A stretch of 35,197 nucleotides of DNA, from positions 1-35,197 of the forward strand of contig CAZCRC010000002.1 in NCBI GenBank assembly GCA_964500995.1, given 5' to 3'. The stretch is from an uncultured Actinomycetes bacterium (GTDB lineage Bacteria > Actinomycetota > Actinomycetes > S36-B12 > GCA-2699445). Positions 1-9,031 of this stretch are shown in pieces. Both the position numbers and the translations under genes were made by a program. The notes beneath the pieces are model-generated. The model had not been told where the DNA came from. It ran no database searches and was given only the letters and a program-made list of their open reading frames with translations. Numbering within the stretch: position 1 is the stretch's first letter; each line of letters begins with the position of its first letter.

Positions 1-648
1 CGGGCCATCACGACGTCGCTGGTTGCGATCATCCCCATCGCCGTCTTTGGGGCCGCCGGGTACGCGGTGGGCGGCGCCGTGGCGTGGCTGATCGGTCTGG
101 CGGTGGGCATCGGCAGCATCGCCGGGGGGCAGATCGGCGCGCGACTGTTGCCCTGGGTACCGGTTCCCGGCCTGCAGGTGGCGTTCGCGCTCCTGCTCGG
201 CTATTCGGCGTTCCGATTGGCGTTCCCCGACGAACCTGCGGCCGAGGTGATCGTCGACGGGGCGCCGGTGCCGTGGCTCGTCCTGTTGGTGGCGGGGCTG
301 GTGGCGGGCGTCATCGCCGCGCTTCTGGGAGTGGGCGGTGGCATCGTGATCGTGCCGGCACTGGTCCTGCTTGCCGGTGTCGATCTGACGGTCGCCCGAG
401 GAACCAGTCTGCTCGTGGTGGTCATGACCGCACTCACGGCCTCGATCACGAACATCCGAGCCGGGCGTACCGATGTTCGGGTCGGCGTCATCGCAGGTCT
501 CGCCGGCGCCCCGGCGGCCCTCGCCGCTTCGTTCCTGGGACAGTGGCTGCCGGAACGCGTAGCAGCGTTGCTCTTCGCCCTGCTGATGATGGTGGCGGCG
601 CTGCAACTACTGCGGCGGGCTACTCAGCGGGACCCCACGCCGGAGTAG
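1..648 (+). CDS. Sulfite exporter TauE/SafE family membrane protein (5'-partial, runs off window start)
   Basis: Frame 1 is open from nt 1 (RAITTSLVAIIPIAVFGAAGY...) into the 67..648 ORF. It is a Gly/Ala/Val/Leu-rich multi-pass membrane protein with LLGVGGGIVIVPALVLL-type segments typical of TauE/SafE. Stop TAG is at 646-648. Confidence 0.7.
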   Translation, partial: RAITTSLVAIIPIAVFGAAGYAVGGAVAWLIGLAVGIGSIAGGQIGARLLPWVPVPGLQVAFALLLGYSAFRLAFPDEPAAEVIVDGAPVPWLVLLVAGLVAGVIAALLGVGGGIVIVPALVLLAGVDLTVARGTSLLVVVMTALTASITNIRAGRTDVRVGVIAGLAGAPAALAASFLGQWLPERVAALLFALLMMVAALQLLRRATQRDPTPE

Positions 649-1295
649 TCCTTGACCACCGCCCGGCAGGGGGTTCCCTCCACCCCACGGACCTTCAGGG
701 GGAACGCCTCCAGCCACAGCGGTCCGGGGCCCAACGCGTCGAGGTTGACCAATCCCTCCAGGATTAGGATTCCGGCATGGCACAGCAGGACGTTCACGTC
801 GAAGTCCGATGTGGTGCGGGACTCCACGCCGACGGAGTCGATCGCGATCATGCGGACGCCACTGTCGGCGGCGAGCCACCGTGCCGCTTCCAGGGACAAT
901 CCGGGACGATCGCCGGGCTCCAGAACGCCGCTGGCGATGACCCGTTCCATATGGCCCGATCGGAACAGCAGCACCTGTCCGGCCAACTGCCTTCCGGCCA
1001 GGGCCGATCGAAGTTCCGACAGGGACAGGTCCACGCCCCGACCAGGCATGTCCACCAGCACGACTGGCCCCTCGAACCGGTCCAACGGGAAAGTGTCGAT
1101 GGTGTCGCCGTCTGGCACGAAGTATCGCGGTCCCTGTACGTGCGTCCCGGCCTGTGTCGGGGTGGCCAGGTGGTGGACGTACTCGGGGTTCGCTCCGGAC
1201 ACGAAGTTGAAGGGCCCGGTGATCTCGACGGGCTGGTCACCGGGAAACGTGAAGTCATCCAGCCACATGCTGACGTCGACCAGGCGGTAGTCCAT
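624..1295 (-). CDS. Cyclase family protein (kynurenine formamidase-like / putative cyclase fold)
   Basis: The ORF 624..1325 has its best start at ATG 1295 (MDYRLVDVS...). Its length (about 223 aa) and overall sequence (MIAIDSVGVE, LLCHAGILILEGLVNLD) resemble the putative-cyclase family. The 3' end overlaps the convergent TauE gene by 25 nt. Confidence 0.65.
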   Translation of the reverse strand: MDYRLVDVSMWLDDFTFPGDQPVEITGPFNFVSGANPEYVHHLATPTQAGTHVQGPRYFVPDGDTIDTFPLDRFEGPVVLVDMPGRGVDLSLSELRSALAGRQLAGQVLLFRSGHMERVIASGVLEPGDRPGLSLEAARWLAADSGVRMIAIDSVGVESRTTSDFDVNVLLCHAGILILEGLVNLDALGPGPLWLEAFPLKVRGVEGTPCRAVVKDYSGVGSR

Positions 1296-1362
1296 CGGGC
1301 CAGTATGGGCCGACGCCGACCGCACGATCGGAGTGGCCGTGCGCTTGTAGCATGGAGGCCTT

Positions 1363-1435
1363 GCCTCCTTAGCTCATCCGGTAGAGCGACGCTCTTGTAA
1401 AGCGTAGGTGGTCGGTTCGAGTCCGACAGGAGGCT
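1363..1435 (+). tRNA. tRNA-Thr (anticodon TGT)
   Basis: I folded a manual cloverleaf. The acceptor is GCCTCCT/AGGAGGC, the D arm GCTC-ATCCGGTA-GAGC, and the anticodon arm ACGCT-CTTGTAA-AGCGT (anticodon TGT). The variable loop is AGGTG, the T arm GTCGG-TTCGAGT-CCGAC, and the discriminator is T. No encoded CCA. Confidence 0.92.
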
Positions 1436-1448
1436 CTTGAGGGGTAGT

Positions 1449-1949
1449 TCACGCCGCTGCCATGCCCAGGAATCCGACGACGATCAGCAGGATCCCGAAG
1501 GATGCGATGCCGATCATCGGGCCCAGCGCCCGGCGCTTACCGCCTGGGGACACGACCTGCATGAGGGCCACGGCCGTCAGGTAGATCCCGAAGGTCAGGA
1601 ACGTCGCGGCCTGGACGGCCAAGCCCCAGTCCAGAACAACCGCCAGCACCGCCACCAGCCCCCAGGCCAGGTTGGCCAGCCCTACCTCGATCTGGAAGTT
1701 GTTGCGTCTGCCGTAGTCCCAGCCCATCCGGGCGGCGTCGGAGCGGTGCAGCAGGCTGTGCCGCACGAACGACAACAGGCCACCGCCGCCGACCGCGAAC
1801 AGGGTCGCCAGGGTCAGTGACGGCGGATCCTTCGTGACGGTCGTGAAGCCGATGAACAGGCCGATGGCACCGACGGCGTACGTCGCGTACATGACGAGTG
1901 CAGACGGGCGTGGATCCGCGTCGTGGGACGCAACTGCGGTGTCAGTCAT
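1449..1949 (-). CDS. Hypothetical integral membrane protein (about 4 TM)
   Basis: The ORF is 1449..1976. I prefer the ATG at 1949 (MTDTAVAS...), which is preceded by GGAGG at about 6 nt. It has four hydrophobic helices and is divergent from a TetR gene with a shared operator-like palindrome. I do not recognise a family with confidence. Confidence 0.6.
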   Translation of the reverse strand: MTDTAVASHDADPRPSALVMYATYAVGAIGLFIGFTTVTKDPPSLTLATLFAVGGGGLLSFVRHSLLHRSDAARMGWDYGRRNNFQIEVGLANLAWGLVAVLAVVLDWGLAVQAATFLTFGIYLTAVALMQVVSPGGKRRALGPMIGIASFGILLIVVGFLGMAAA

Positions 1950-2026
1950 GGCGGCCTCCGTTTCAGGGGTAGCCAAGCGCAGCCAGGGGCGGTCGGGGCG
2001 ACTTTCCCTCGATGCCTTGCCTCCCT

Positions 2027-2064
2027 CTCCTAACGCTGTTAGTTTTACCGAACAGTGTTAGGAG
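2027..2064. promoter_or_regulatory. Candidate TetR operator (14-bp inverted repeat, 1 mismatch, 10-bp spacer)
   Basis: The sequence is CTCCTAACgCTGTT-agttttaccg-AACAGtGTTAGGAG. It lies in the 119-nt divergent intergenic region between the membrane-protein gene (start 1949) and the TetR gene (start 2069). It is the most AT-rich stretch of that region. Confidence 0.5.
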
Positions 2065-2068
2065 AGGG

Positions 2069-2674
2069 ATGACTGAGGCACGTTGGCGCGGCGATCGGCG
2101 CGGACACACCCGCCAAGTGATCCTGCGTCATGCGTGGGAACTGGCGGACAGTCGCGGCCTGGACGGCTGGACCATGCGCGACCTCGCGGACGCGGTGGGA
2201 GTCAAGGCACCGTCGCTCTACGGCCACTTCGACGGTAAGCCGGCGATCTGGGATGCGATGTTCGCCGAGGGGTACCGCGCGATGGATGAGCGCTTGGCCA
2301 CAGCCGAGGCCCAGTTGCCCGCGGGGATCAGTGCCCGGGAGCGTCTCGTTGTGCTGCTTGGCGAGTGGTTGCACTTCTGCCGCGACAGCGTCGCCCGGTA
2401 CCGGTTGATGTTCACCGTTGCCGTACCCGGCTGGCAGCCGTCTGCCGAGGCCTACGCGGTGTCACAGGCGTCCTACGAACTGATGGCTCGACGGCTGGCG
2501 GAAACCGGGGTCACCCCGGGGCTACGCCTGGATCTCTTCACCGCCGTCACGGCGGGGCTGGCGGCGCAGCAACTCGCGAATGACCCGCAGGGGGACCGGT
2601 GGATCCGGCTGTTGCCCTACGCCGTCGACATGGTCCTTGAGCATCTGCCGGAACTATCTGAGGAGACCGCATGA
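2069..2674 (+). CDS. TetR/AcrR family transcriptional regulator
   Basis: The ATG at 2069 (MTEARW...) is preceded by GGAGAGGG. The N-terminal HTH (ILRHAWELADSRGLDGWTMRDLADAVGVKAPSLYGHF) is canonical TetR_N. About 201 aa. Confidence 0.88.
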   Translation: MTEARWRGDRRGHTRQVILRHAWELADSRGLDGWTMRDLADAVGVKAPSLYGHFDGKPAIWDAMFAEGYRAMDERLATAEAQLPAGISARERLVVLLGEWLHFCRDSVARYRLMFTVAVPGWQPSAEAYAVSQASYELMARRLAETGVTPGLRLDLFTAVTAGLAAQQLANDPQGDRWIRLLPYAVDMVLEHLPELSEETA

Positions 2675-2857
2675 ACCCCGCCATCGACATCCCGCCCACC
2701 CCGATCGTGCCCGGGGCCAGCCGGTGGTAGTTGGCAATGGGGCGAGGGGGACACGATCAGCCTCGACGCCATCGACTTCTGCCGCCTGGTGGCAGGCCGC
2801 CGGCCCGAGCAACCAGTGTCGTCGCGCCCACTCCTGGATCAGCGGATCCTGTTCTGA
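2671..2857 (+). pseudogene. Possible decayed gene downstream of TetR (relic of a DinB/mycothiol-dependent maleylpyruvate-isomerase-like protein?)
   Basis: An ATG at 2671 overlaps the TetR stop (ATGA) and is preceded by AGGAG, but this frame stops after 19 codons (TAG). A second frame then reads ...WGEGDTISLDAIDFCRLVAGRRPEQPVSSRPLLDQRILF*, ending at 2857. This resembles C-termini of TIGR03083-like actinobacterial proteins. No intact ORF spans the 285-nt gap to rlmB. Confidence 0.25.
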
Positions 2858-2959
2858 TCGCCGTCTCCCGGTGACCCGACGCGTCGCTTCCCGGCGATAT
2901 CCCGAGCGGTATCGACGGGACGGGTGACGCGGAGGTGGAGCGAGGGCCTCAGCTGCGGG

Positions 2960-3892
2960 TCAGCCGTTGCGGATGCGATCCAACGCGATGGCGGTGGCGA
3001 CCGACGCGTTCAAGGATTCCGTGTCCGCCGCGATGGGGATCGTGACGAGCACGTCACAGTGTTGGGCGACCAACTGTGACAAGCCGGTGGCCTCGTTGCC
3101 CACCACCACGACGACCGGCTGCTCCCACGTCTCGCGGGGGACCTGGGTGATCGGAGTGCCGCCGTTGGTGGCCAGCCCTGCGATGACGAAGCCGGCCTTG
3201 CGCAGCGAGGTCAGTGCCCGAGTCAGGTTCACGACCCGTGCCACCGGAACCCGGGACAGCGCGCCGGCCGAGGACCGCCACGCCGAGGCCGTCACGCTGG
3301 CTGCCCTCCGGTTCGGCAGTACCAGGCCGGAGCTGCCGAACGCGGCGGCAGTGCGTGCGATGGCCCCCAGGTTGCGGCTGTCCTGCAGATGATCGAGCGC
3401 CACGATCAGCGGCGGGATCCCCGGGCGCGGCTCGTGGTCGATCACGTCGTGCAACTCGACGTACTCGAAGGGGGCCACCACCAGGGCGATGCCTTGATGG
3501 GGCAGCCCGTCGCCGAGTTGGTCCATCTCGGACTTCGTGCGGATGTTGACCGGGATTCCCGCTGCTTGTGCCGCGGTCTTGGCGCGGGTCGAGCGCGGGT
3601 CGTCGGTCAGGAAGTCCCCCACTGCGAGTTCGATTGCGGGAACCCCGGCGGCCACTGCCTCGTCGACCGCGTTGCGGCCCAGGATGACCTCCCGACGGGG
3701 GCCTGACTCGGAGCGTGACCGGGACTTTCGCGCGGCCCGGCGGGCCGCGGGGTGTCCCGGTCGCTTGTCCGCGGGTGGCGTGGGGCCCTTGCCGGTGAGG
3801 CCGCGGCGGCGTTGCCCACCGGAGCCCACCGTCTGCCCCTTCTTCGACGACGTGCTCCGGATCGCACCTTTTCGGGAGGAGTTACCCGCCAT
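2960..3892 (-). CDS. rlmB: 23S rRNA (guanosine-2'-O)-methyltransferase RlmB (SpoU/TrmH family)
   Basis: The ATG at 3892 (MAGNSSRKG...) lies 1 nt after the cysS stop. A basic, disordered N-terminal region is followed by SpoU motifs (LDHLQDSRNLGAIARTA, VVVVGNEATGLS, IPIAADTESLNASVATAIAL). The listed 403-aa ORF extends into cysS and is not used. Confidence 0.88.
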   Translation of the reverse strand: MAGNSSRKGAIRSTSSKKGQTVGSGGQRRRGLTGKGPTPPADKRPGHPAARRAARKSRSRSESGPRREVILGRNAVDEAVAAGVPAIELAVGDFLTDDPRSTRAKTAAQAAGIPVNIRTKSEMDQLGDGLPHQGIALVVAPFEYVELHDVIDHEPRPGIPPLIVALDHLQDSRNLGAIARTAAAFGSSGLVLPNRRAASVTASAWRSSAGALSRVPVARVVNLTRALTSLRKAGFVIAGLATNGGTPITQVPRETWEQPVVVVVGNEATGLSQLVAQHCDVLVTIPIAADTESLNASVATAIALDRIRNG

Positions 3893-3893
3893 C

Positions 3894-5288
3894 TCAGTCC
3901 TTCGTCTCTGCCCACGACCAGGACGATCCGTCGGGACCGTCCTCAATCGCCAAGCCCACTTCGTACAACTGGTGGCGGATCGCATCCGCTGCGGCGAAGT
4001 CACGCTCGGCACGAGCCGTCGCGCGCTGGGCCAGCAGGTGTTTGACCACGGCATCCAGGGCCCGGTCGGTGCGATCGTCTCGATCATGGACCCAGGTGTC
4101 GGACAGCGGGTCGAAGCCCAGCACGTCGGCCATCCGTCGCACCGACGCGAGCAACGTCGTGACGTCCTCATTGCGACTCAGGGCGTCGTTGCCCTTGGTC
4201 ACATGCTCGTGGAGCACGGCCAGGGCGGCCGGGACTCCCAAGTCATCGTCCAAAGCGGCGACGAAGGCGCCGGGAACGGCGGCAGCCAACTCGCCCGGTC
4301 CGCCCCGCTCTGCGGCCCGGCGGACGAACGACTCGATTCGACGGAATGCGGCCGCGGATTCGTCCAGTGACTGGGTGGAGAACTCCAGCATCGATCGGTA
4401 ATGCGCCGAACCCAGGTAGTACCGCAACTCGATGGGCCGGACCTGCTTCAGCAACTGCGTCACCTGGAGCGAGTTACCCAGGGACTTGCTCATCTTCTCG
4501 CCCGCTGTGGTCACCCAGCCGTTGTGCATCCAGTAGCGGGCGAAGCCGTCACCAGCCGCACGGGACTGGGCGATCTCGTTCTCGTGGTGGGGGAAGATCA
4601 GGTCCATCCCGCCGCCGTGGATGTCGAACTCCGCTCCGCAGTACTTCTCGGCCATGGCCGAGCACTCCAGGTGCCAGCCGGGACGCCCCGCCCCCCATGG
4701 CGTCTGCCACGACGGGCCACCCTCCTTGGCGCCCTTCCACAGCGCGAAGTCACGCTGATCCCGCTTGACCGACGATGGGGAGTCCGCAGCGGGCTGCATG
4801 TCGTCGAGCTTCTGTCCGCTCAGTCGGCCGTACTCGGGGAAGGACCGGACATCGAAGTAGACGTCCCCGTCACCCGGGGCGTAGGCGTGGCCCGAGGCGA
4901 TCAGGCGGTCCATGAGGTGGATCATCTCGGGGACATGACCGGTGGCTCGCGGTGAGTACGTCGGGTCCAGCACTCCCAGACTGCGGTAGGCGTCGTCAAA
5001 GGATCGTTCGTGCACGTACGCCCAGGACCACCAAGGGATCCCTGCCTCTGCTGACTTGACCAGGATCTTGTCGTCGATGTCGGTGACATTGCGAACGAAC
5101 GTCACGTCCAGCCCCGCGAAGGTCAGCCAGCGGCGCAGGATGTCGAAGGCGACGGCCGACCGCATGTGCCCGATGTGGGGGTCGGACTGCACCGTGGCCC
5201 CACACACATAGATCGACACCGCCCCGGGACGCACGGGCGTGAACTCCCGCAGGGAGCGTGTTGCAGTGTCGTGGAGCCGCAGTGTCAC
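3894..5288 (-). CDS. cysS: Cysteine--tRNA ligase
   Basis: GTG start at 5288. It has class I aaRS motifs HIGH (PHIGHMRS) and KMSKS ([10 protein letters not shown]), is 464 aa, and sits in the rlmB-cysS-ispF-ispD context. The mshC paralogue is less likely given this synteny. Confidence 0.9.
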   Translation of the reverse strand: MTLRLHDTATRSLREFTPVRPGAVSIYVCGATVQSDPHIGHMRSAVAFDILRRWLTFAGLDVTFVRNVTDIDDKILVKSAEAGIPWWSWAYVHERSFDDAYRSLGVLDPTYSPRATGHVPEMIHLMDRLIASGHAYAPGDGDVYFDVRSFPEYGRLSGQKLDDMQPAADSPSSVKRDQRDFALWKGAKEGGPSWQTPWGAGRPGWHLECSAMAEKYCGAEFDIHGGGMDLIFPHHENEIAQSRAAGDGFARYWMHNGWVTTAGEKMSKSLGNSLQVTQLLKQVRPIELRYYLGSAHYRSMLEFSTQSLDESAAAFRRIESFVRRAAERGGPGELAAAVPGAFVAALDDDLGVPAALAVLHEHVTKGNDALSRNEDVTTLLASVRRMADVLGFDPLSDTWVHDRDDRTDRALDAVVKHLLAQRATARAERDFAAADAIRHQLYEVGLAIEDGPDGSSWSWAETKD

Positions 5289-5309
5289 CGCTACAGGCTA
5301 CCGACCAGA

Positions 5310-5801
5310 TCACAGGGCAGCGGCCGGACGGATCGCCACAAGCGCGGTGGCCATGGCAGCGATACCTTCGCCGCGGCCGGTCAGACCCAGTCCATCCGTC
5401 GTCGTCGCGCTGATGCTGACGTGACAACCCGCGGCCGCGGCCAGTACCTCGATGGCCTCGTCGCGCCGTCCTGCCAGCCGCGGTCGGTTGCCGATGACCT
5501 GGATCGCGACGTTCTGCGGCACGTGACCCGCGCGCCGGATCCGTGCCGCGGTCTCAGTGAGCAGCAGCTGCCCCGACGCATCGGCGTATCGGGGGTCCGA
5601 CGTCCCGAACTGCGATCCCAGATCGCCCATCCCGCAGGCGGACAACAGTGCATCGCAGGCCGCGTGACACGCCACGTCGGCGTCGCTGTGGCCCGCGAGG
5701 CCGACCTCTCCGGGCCACAGCAGGCCCGCCAGCCAAAGCGGGCGCTCGGGATCGAACGCGTGGACGTCCACTCCGATCCCCACCCGTAGATCAGCGAACA
5801 T
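5310..5801 (-). CDS. ispF: 2-C-methyl-D-erythritol 2,4-cyclodiphosphate synthase
   Basis: 163 aa, with the motifs [22 protein letters not shown] and [13 protein letters not shown]. It overlaps the ispD stop by 11 nt. Confidence 0.92.
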   Translation of the reverse strand: MFADLRVGIGVDVHAFDPERPLWLAGLLWPGEVGLAGHSDADVACHAACDALLSACGMGDLGSQFGTSDPRYADASGQLLLTETAARIRRAGHVPQNVAIQVIGNRPRLAGRRDEAIEVLAAAAGCHVSISATTTDGLGLTGRGEGIAAMATALVAIRPAAAL

Positions 5802-6480
5802 GGCGCCCTGCCAGGATGTCCGCTGCTCGGGTCAGGTCCGCCGGTGTCGTGACCTTCATCGCGTCGCTATGACCTGGTACGACTCGCACCGGCACACCCA
5901 GCCGTTCCACCAGTTGGGCGTCATCGGTGGCGGGCTCGGCGTCGGGCGTGGCCAGTGCCTGCCGCAGCACGTCGGCGCGGAACCCCTGGGGGGTCTGGAT
6001 CGCGCGTAACCGGGATCGTTGCGGGGTCTGCACCACCACATCATCCGCCCCGACGATCTTGATGGTGTCCACCACGGCAATCCCTGGGATCACAGCCGGG
6101 TCGCCCGCGTTCACCGCGGCGATGACGGCGTCGACGACCGCGATCGGAACGAATGGGCGGGCTGCGTCGTGCACCAGAATTCCCGACACGGAGTCCGGTA
6201 ATGCCGCGACCCCGGCCCGAACTGAGTCGGTTCGGGTGTGCCCCCCGACGACCACCCGGAGGTCGGGATGGTCCACCGGGCCGACCGCATCTTTGGCCTG
6301 CTGCAGGTGGTCCAGCGGGGCGGTGACCACGATCGAGACCACCTGAGCATGAGATACGAGGGCCGTCAACGCGTGAGCGAGCATCGGGATCCCCCCGATC
6401 TCCTGCAGCGCTTTGGGCGTGCTCCCGCCGAGGCGTTCACCGCGGCCAGCGGCGGTGACCACGCAGCCGAAGGTCAGCAT
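5791..6480 (-). CDS. ispD: 2-C-methyl-D-erythritol 4-phosphate cytidylyltransferase
   Basis: It has the [13 protein letters not shown]-loop-like motif and QTPQGF. The start is either ATG 6480 or GTG 6483 (sequence GTGATG, preceded by AGGAGGA). It overlaps the stop of the upstream PIN/TRAM gene. Confidence 0.9.
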   Translation of the reverse strand: MLTFGCVVTAAGRGERLGGSTPKALQEIGGIPMLAHALTALVSHAQVVSIVVTAPLDHLQQAKDAVGPVDHPDLRVVVGGHTRTDSVRAGVAALPDSVSGILVHDAARPFVPIAVVDAVIAAVNAGDPAVIPGIAVVDTIKIVGADDVVVQTPQRSRLRAIQTPQGFRADVLRQALATPDAEPATDDAQLVERLGVPVRVVPGHSDAMKVTTPADLTRAADILAGRHVR

Positions 6481-7559
6481 CACTCCTCCTGCCGCTTGCC
6501 GAAGGCCATCCGCCCGTTCGAGGTCGTCAGGACACTCGTGACCTCGACGGACACGTCCGACCCGATCGCTTCGCGACTGTGTTCGACGACGACCATCGTG
6601 CCGTCCGCCAGGTACCCGACGGCTTGGCCGGCTTCCTTGCCTGCCCGAATCAGCGAGACGTTCGTCTGGTCGCCCACCGCGATCGGAGGGCGCAGTGCGA
6701 TCGCCAGCGCGTGCAGGTCCTGCACCTGCACCCCAGAGATCGCCGCCACTTTGGCCAGCGCCGAATCGGTCGTCAGTACGGCCAGGGAGCGCGCCCGGGC
6801 CATGGCGACGAGTTTCGCGTCGACGTCGGTCACGGTGGGGGCACCGTCGTCGATGACCATGACCTCCTGCCCCGGCAGCAGCCTCAGCGCGTCCAAGGTG
6901 GCCAGCCCCCGGCGACCCTTGTCGCGGCGGCGGTCGTCGCTGGAGTCGGCCAACGACTGGAGTTCATCGAGGACCGGTTGGCAGACCAGGAGCGGGCCCG
7001 GCAGGAATCCGGCGCGCACCACGTCCAGGATGCGACCGTCAATGGCCACGGAAGAGTCGATCAGGCTGCCGTTCGCTGCCCGAGGTGTCCCTGCCACTCC
7101 CGCCCGCGTACCGATCGTGCCGAGCACTGCTCCTCGACGCCGCCGGGCCACCGTGAATCCGAATGCAGCGGCCAAGATTACGGCGAACGCGAAGACCGAC
7201 AACGCGATCAAGGGGGTCGTGATCAGGAAGATGGGCCACGAGATGATCGCGACGAGGGCGCCTGCGAGAAGCGCGCCGATGGAGCCCGACACCAACTCAT
7301 CGGGGGTGATCCCCCCCAGGGCCTGCTCACCCCGATCCAGCGCACCGACCAGTCGCCGTGCGAGCACGCCCCCCAACGAGTAGCCAAGGCCGGCGCCGAT
7401 GATGACCCCCAGTAGCGGGGCAGTGAGGACGCCCAAGACGGGACGATCGGGCGACGTGGTGAGGGATTGGGCCAGTTGGAGGCCGACGGCAGCGCCGAAG
7501 ACGACCACAAGGACGCGCAGCACCTCGGCGAACACCGAGGGAGACGACGACCTCTTCAT
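6480..7559 (-). CDS. PIN/TRAM domain-containing membrane protein (YacL-like)
   Basis: 359 aa. Four N-terminal TM helices are followed by a PIN-like region (IDSSVAIDGRILDV..., VLTTDSALAKVA) and a C-terminal TRAM-like beta region (VGYLADGTMVVVE...VEVTSVLTTSNGRMAFG). It has the conserved position upstream of ispDF. Confidence 0.8.
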   Translation of the reverse strand: MKRSSSPSVFAEVLRVLVVVFGAAVGLQLAQSLTTSPDRPVLGVLTAPLLGVIIGAGLGYSLGGVLARRLVGALDRGEQALGGITPDELVSGSIGALLAGALVAIISWPIFLITTPLIALSVFAFAVILAAAFGFTVARRRRGAVLGTIGTRAGVAGTPRAANGSLIDSSVAIDGRILDVVRAGFLPGPLLVCQPVLDELQSLADSSDDRRRDKGRRGLATLDALRLLPGQEVMVIDDGAPTVTDVDAKLVAMARARSLAVLTTDSALAKVAAISGVQVQDLHALAIALRPPIAVGDQTNVSLIRAGKEAGQAVGYLADGTMVVVEHSREAIGSDVSVEVTSVLTTSNGRMAFGKRQEE

Positions 7560-7599
7560 CGCGCCATTGTGACGCTATCGGGAGGCCGGTGGCCCGGAA

Positions 7600-8070
7600 T
7601 CAGGAAGCGAGGACCTCGTCGAGAAGTGTCTCGGCTTTGTCCTCATTGGTGTTCTCGGCCAGCGCCAGTTCGCTGATGAGGACCGAGCGAGCCTTGGACA
7701 GCATGCGCTTCTCGCCCGCGGACAGGCCTCGGTCGCGCTCCCGGCGCCACAGGTCGCGGATGACTTCGGCGACCTTGACGACGTCGCCGGAGGCGAGCTT
7801 CTCGAGGTTGGCCTTGTACCGGCGGGACCAGTTCGTGGGCTCTTCGACGTAGGGCTGGCGAAGTACCTCGAAGACTCGGTCGAGACCTTCCGAACTCACC
7901 ACATCGCGGACACCCACGAGGTCGACATTCTCGGCGGGAACGCGGACGGTGAGGTCTCCTTGCTGCACCCGCAAGACCAGGATTTCCTTGTCCGCCTTAT
8001 GCTCGATGGCGTCGATCTGAGCGGCCCCGTGATGGGGGTAGACAACGGTGTCGCCGACCTTGAACGTCAT
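7600..8070 (-). CDS. carD: CarD family RNA-polymerase-binding transcriptional regulator
   Basis: 156 aa. It begins [19 protein letters not shown]... (the TRCF-RID-like N-domain) and has a C-terminal helical domain containing TNWSRRYK. The carD-ispD-ispF-cysS order matches mycobacteria. Confidence 0.92.
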   Translation of the reverse strand: MTFKVGDTVVYPHHGAAQIDAIEHKADKEILVLRVQQGDLTVRVPAENVDLVGVRDVVSSEGLDRVFEVLRQPYVEEPTNWSRRYKANLEKLASGDVVKVAEVIRDLWRRERDRGLSAGEKRMLSKARSVLISELALAENTNEDKAETLLDEVLAS

Positions 8071-8383
8071 ATGGAGTGGCCCCTTTCCCGGAGTTCAAGG
8101 GTAACACGCGAAGCCGCTGCCGAACCGGGTCGGAATTCGCAGCGCACAATGGTCCGGTGAACAACTTCGGTGATGACGGCTGGCCCCCGATGTCGGATGC
8201 CGACCCGGCACCACTTCAGGCCAGCCTGCTGCTGGCGACCGTGGCCCTGGTGGGTGTGGTGGTCACCTCATTCCTCCCGCCCATGTGAACTGTTCCCGGT
8301 TGTCCGCGCGGGGCCATGGGTGCCCCGCTAGGCTGTGCCCGCCGGATGGAACCGGCTGGAAAACAGTGGTGTAGGAGGCTGTT

Positions 8384-9028
8384 GTGAAGCGTCGTCTTGT
8401 GGCTCTCGGGCTGGCTGCCGTGATGGTGCCGGGTCTGTCCGGCTGCTGGTCGGGCAACAATGCTGCGACCACCACCCAAAGCGCATCAGGCGACGGTACC
8501 CAGGTCACCGCCGCTGACATCTCGATCGACTCCGCGACACTGGTCGCCGGCGATCCCAAGAGCGGCAAAGCGGCGTTCCTGGGCACGGTCTTCAACCCCA
8601 CCTTGGTCGAGGACGAGGTCACGTCGATCACCGCCGGTGGTGTGACGGCCAAGATGTCGCCCGACCCCATCGTGGTCCCGCCGCAGAAGGCGGTCGCCAT
8701 CCAGTCCGGCAAGGCCAGCGCCGCGACAGAGGCTGCGGCATCTGCGGAGTTCGCCACTCTGGATGCCCCGGCGGGCACCTACGTCGATGTCGTGATGACA
8801 TTCAAGACCGCCGGCGAGCAGACGTTCCCCGCGCTCATCGTGCCGCCGTCGGGCTTCTATGCCTCCGCGGCTCCCGAAGGAACCACCCCCATCCCCGTCA
8901 AGGTCAATGTCGACACCGGTCACTCGGAGTCCGAGGCAGCCGAGCCGCAGGGCGAAGGCGCGGCTACCGACGAGGGCGCCTCGACCGACGGCGCGACGAC
9001 CGAGCCGACCCCTAGCCCCGCGGGCTGA
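8384..9028 (+). CDS. Secreted lipoprotein, LpqE-like position; function unknown
   Basis: The GTG start at 8384 is preceded by AGGAGG. It has a signal peptide with lipobox LSGC (MKRRLVALGLAAVMVPGLSGCW) and an acidic, low-complexity C-terminal tail. Confidence 0.75.
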   Translation: MKRRLVALGLAAVMVPGLSGCWSGNNAATTTQSASGDGTQVTAADISIDSATLVAGDPKSGKAAFLGTVFNPTLVEDEVTSITAGGVTAKMSPDPIVVPPQKAVAIQSGKASAATEAAASAEFATLDAPAGTYVDVVMTFKTAGEQTFPALIVPPSGFYASAAPEGTTPIPVKVNVDTGHSESEAAEPQGEGAATDEGASTDGATTEPTPSPAG

Positions 9029-9031
9029 CGG

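Noticed and set aside
624-648. A 25-nt convergent overlap between the TauE and cyclase gene 3' ends.
   Set aside because: Both reading frames look genuine to their stops. Small convergent overlaps are common in compact high-GC genomes and this is not evidence of anything unusual.
1354-1369. Hairpin GGAGGC-ctt-GCCTCC overlapping the 5' end of tRNA-Thr.
   Set aside because: The left arm simply mimics the tRNA 3' acceptor strand (AGGAGGC), and this is plausibly a trivial leader pairing. A TAGCAT -10-like hexamer at 1348-1353 may be the tRNA promoter, but I could not support it further.
1436-2959. Possible genomic island integrated at tRNA-Thr (membrane protein, TetR, decayed gene between the tRNA and rlmB).
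   Set aside because: There is no integrase or recombinase, no direct repeat of the tRNA 3' end (GGTTCGAGTCCGACAGGAGGC) in the region, and no visible compositional shift. The decayed gene is noted separately.
3893-4171. N-terminal extension of the rlmB ORF (403 aa as listed), and similar 5' extensions of phr (17737), pdxH (20172), serC (22369), the YbjN-like gene (12940), the csp gene (15244) and regX3 (9835).
   Set aside because: The extensions overlap upstream genes in another frame or strand and lack homology-like sequence. Internal starts with Shine-Dalgarno sequences and family-typical N-termini were chosen instead.
6238-7383. A plus-strand 381-aa ORF (and 6579..7415) across ispD and the PIN/TRAM gene.
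   Set aside because: They are antisense to well-supported genes. The products are Ser/Arg/Thr/Pro-rich low-complexity sequence.
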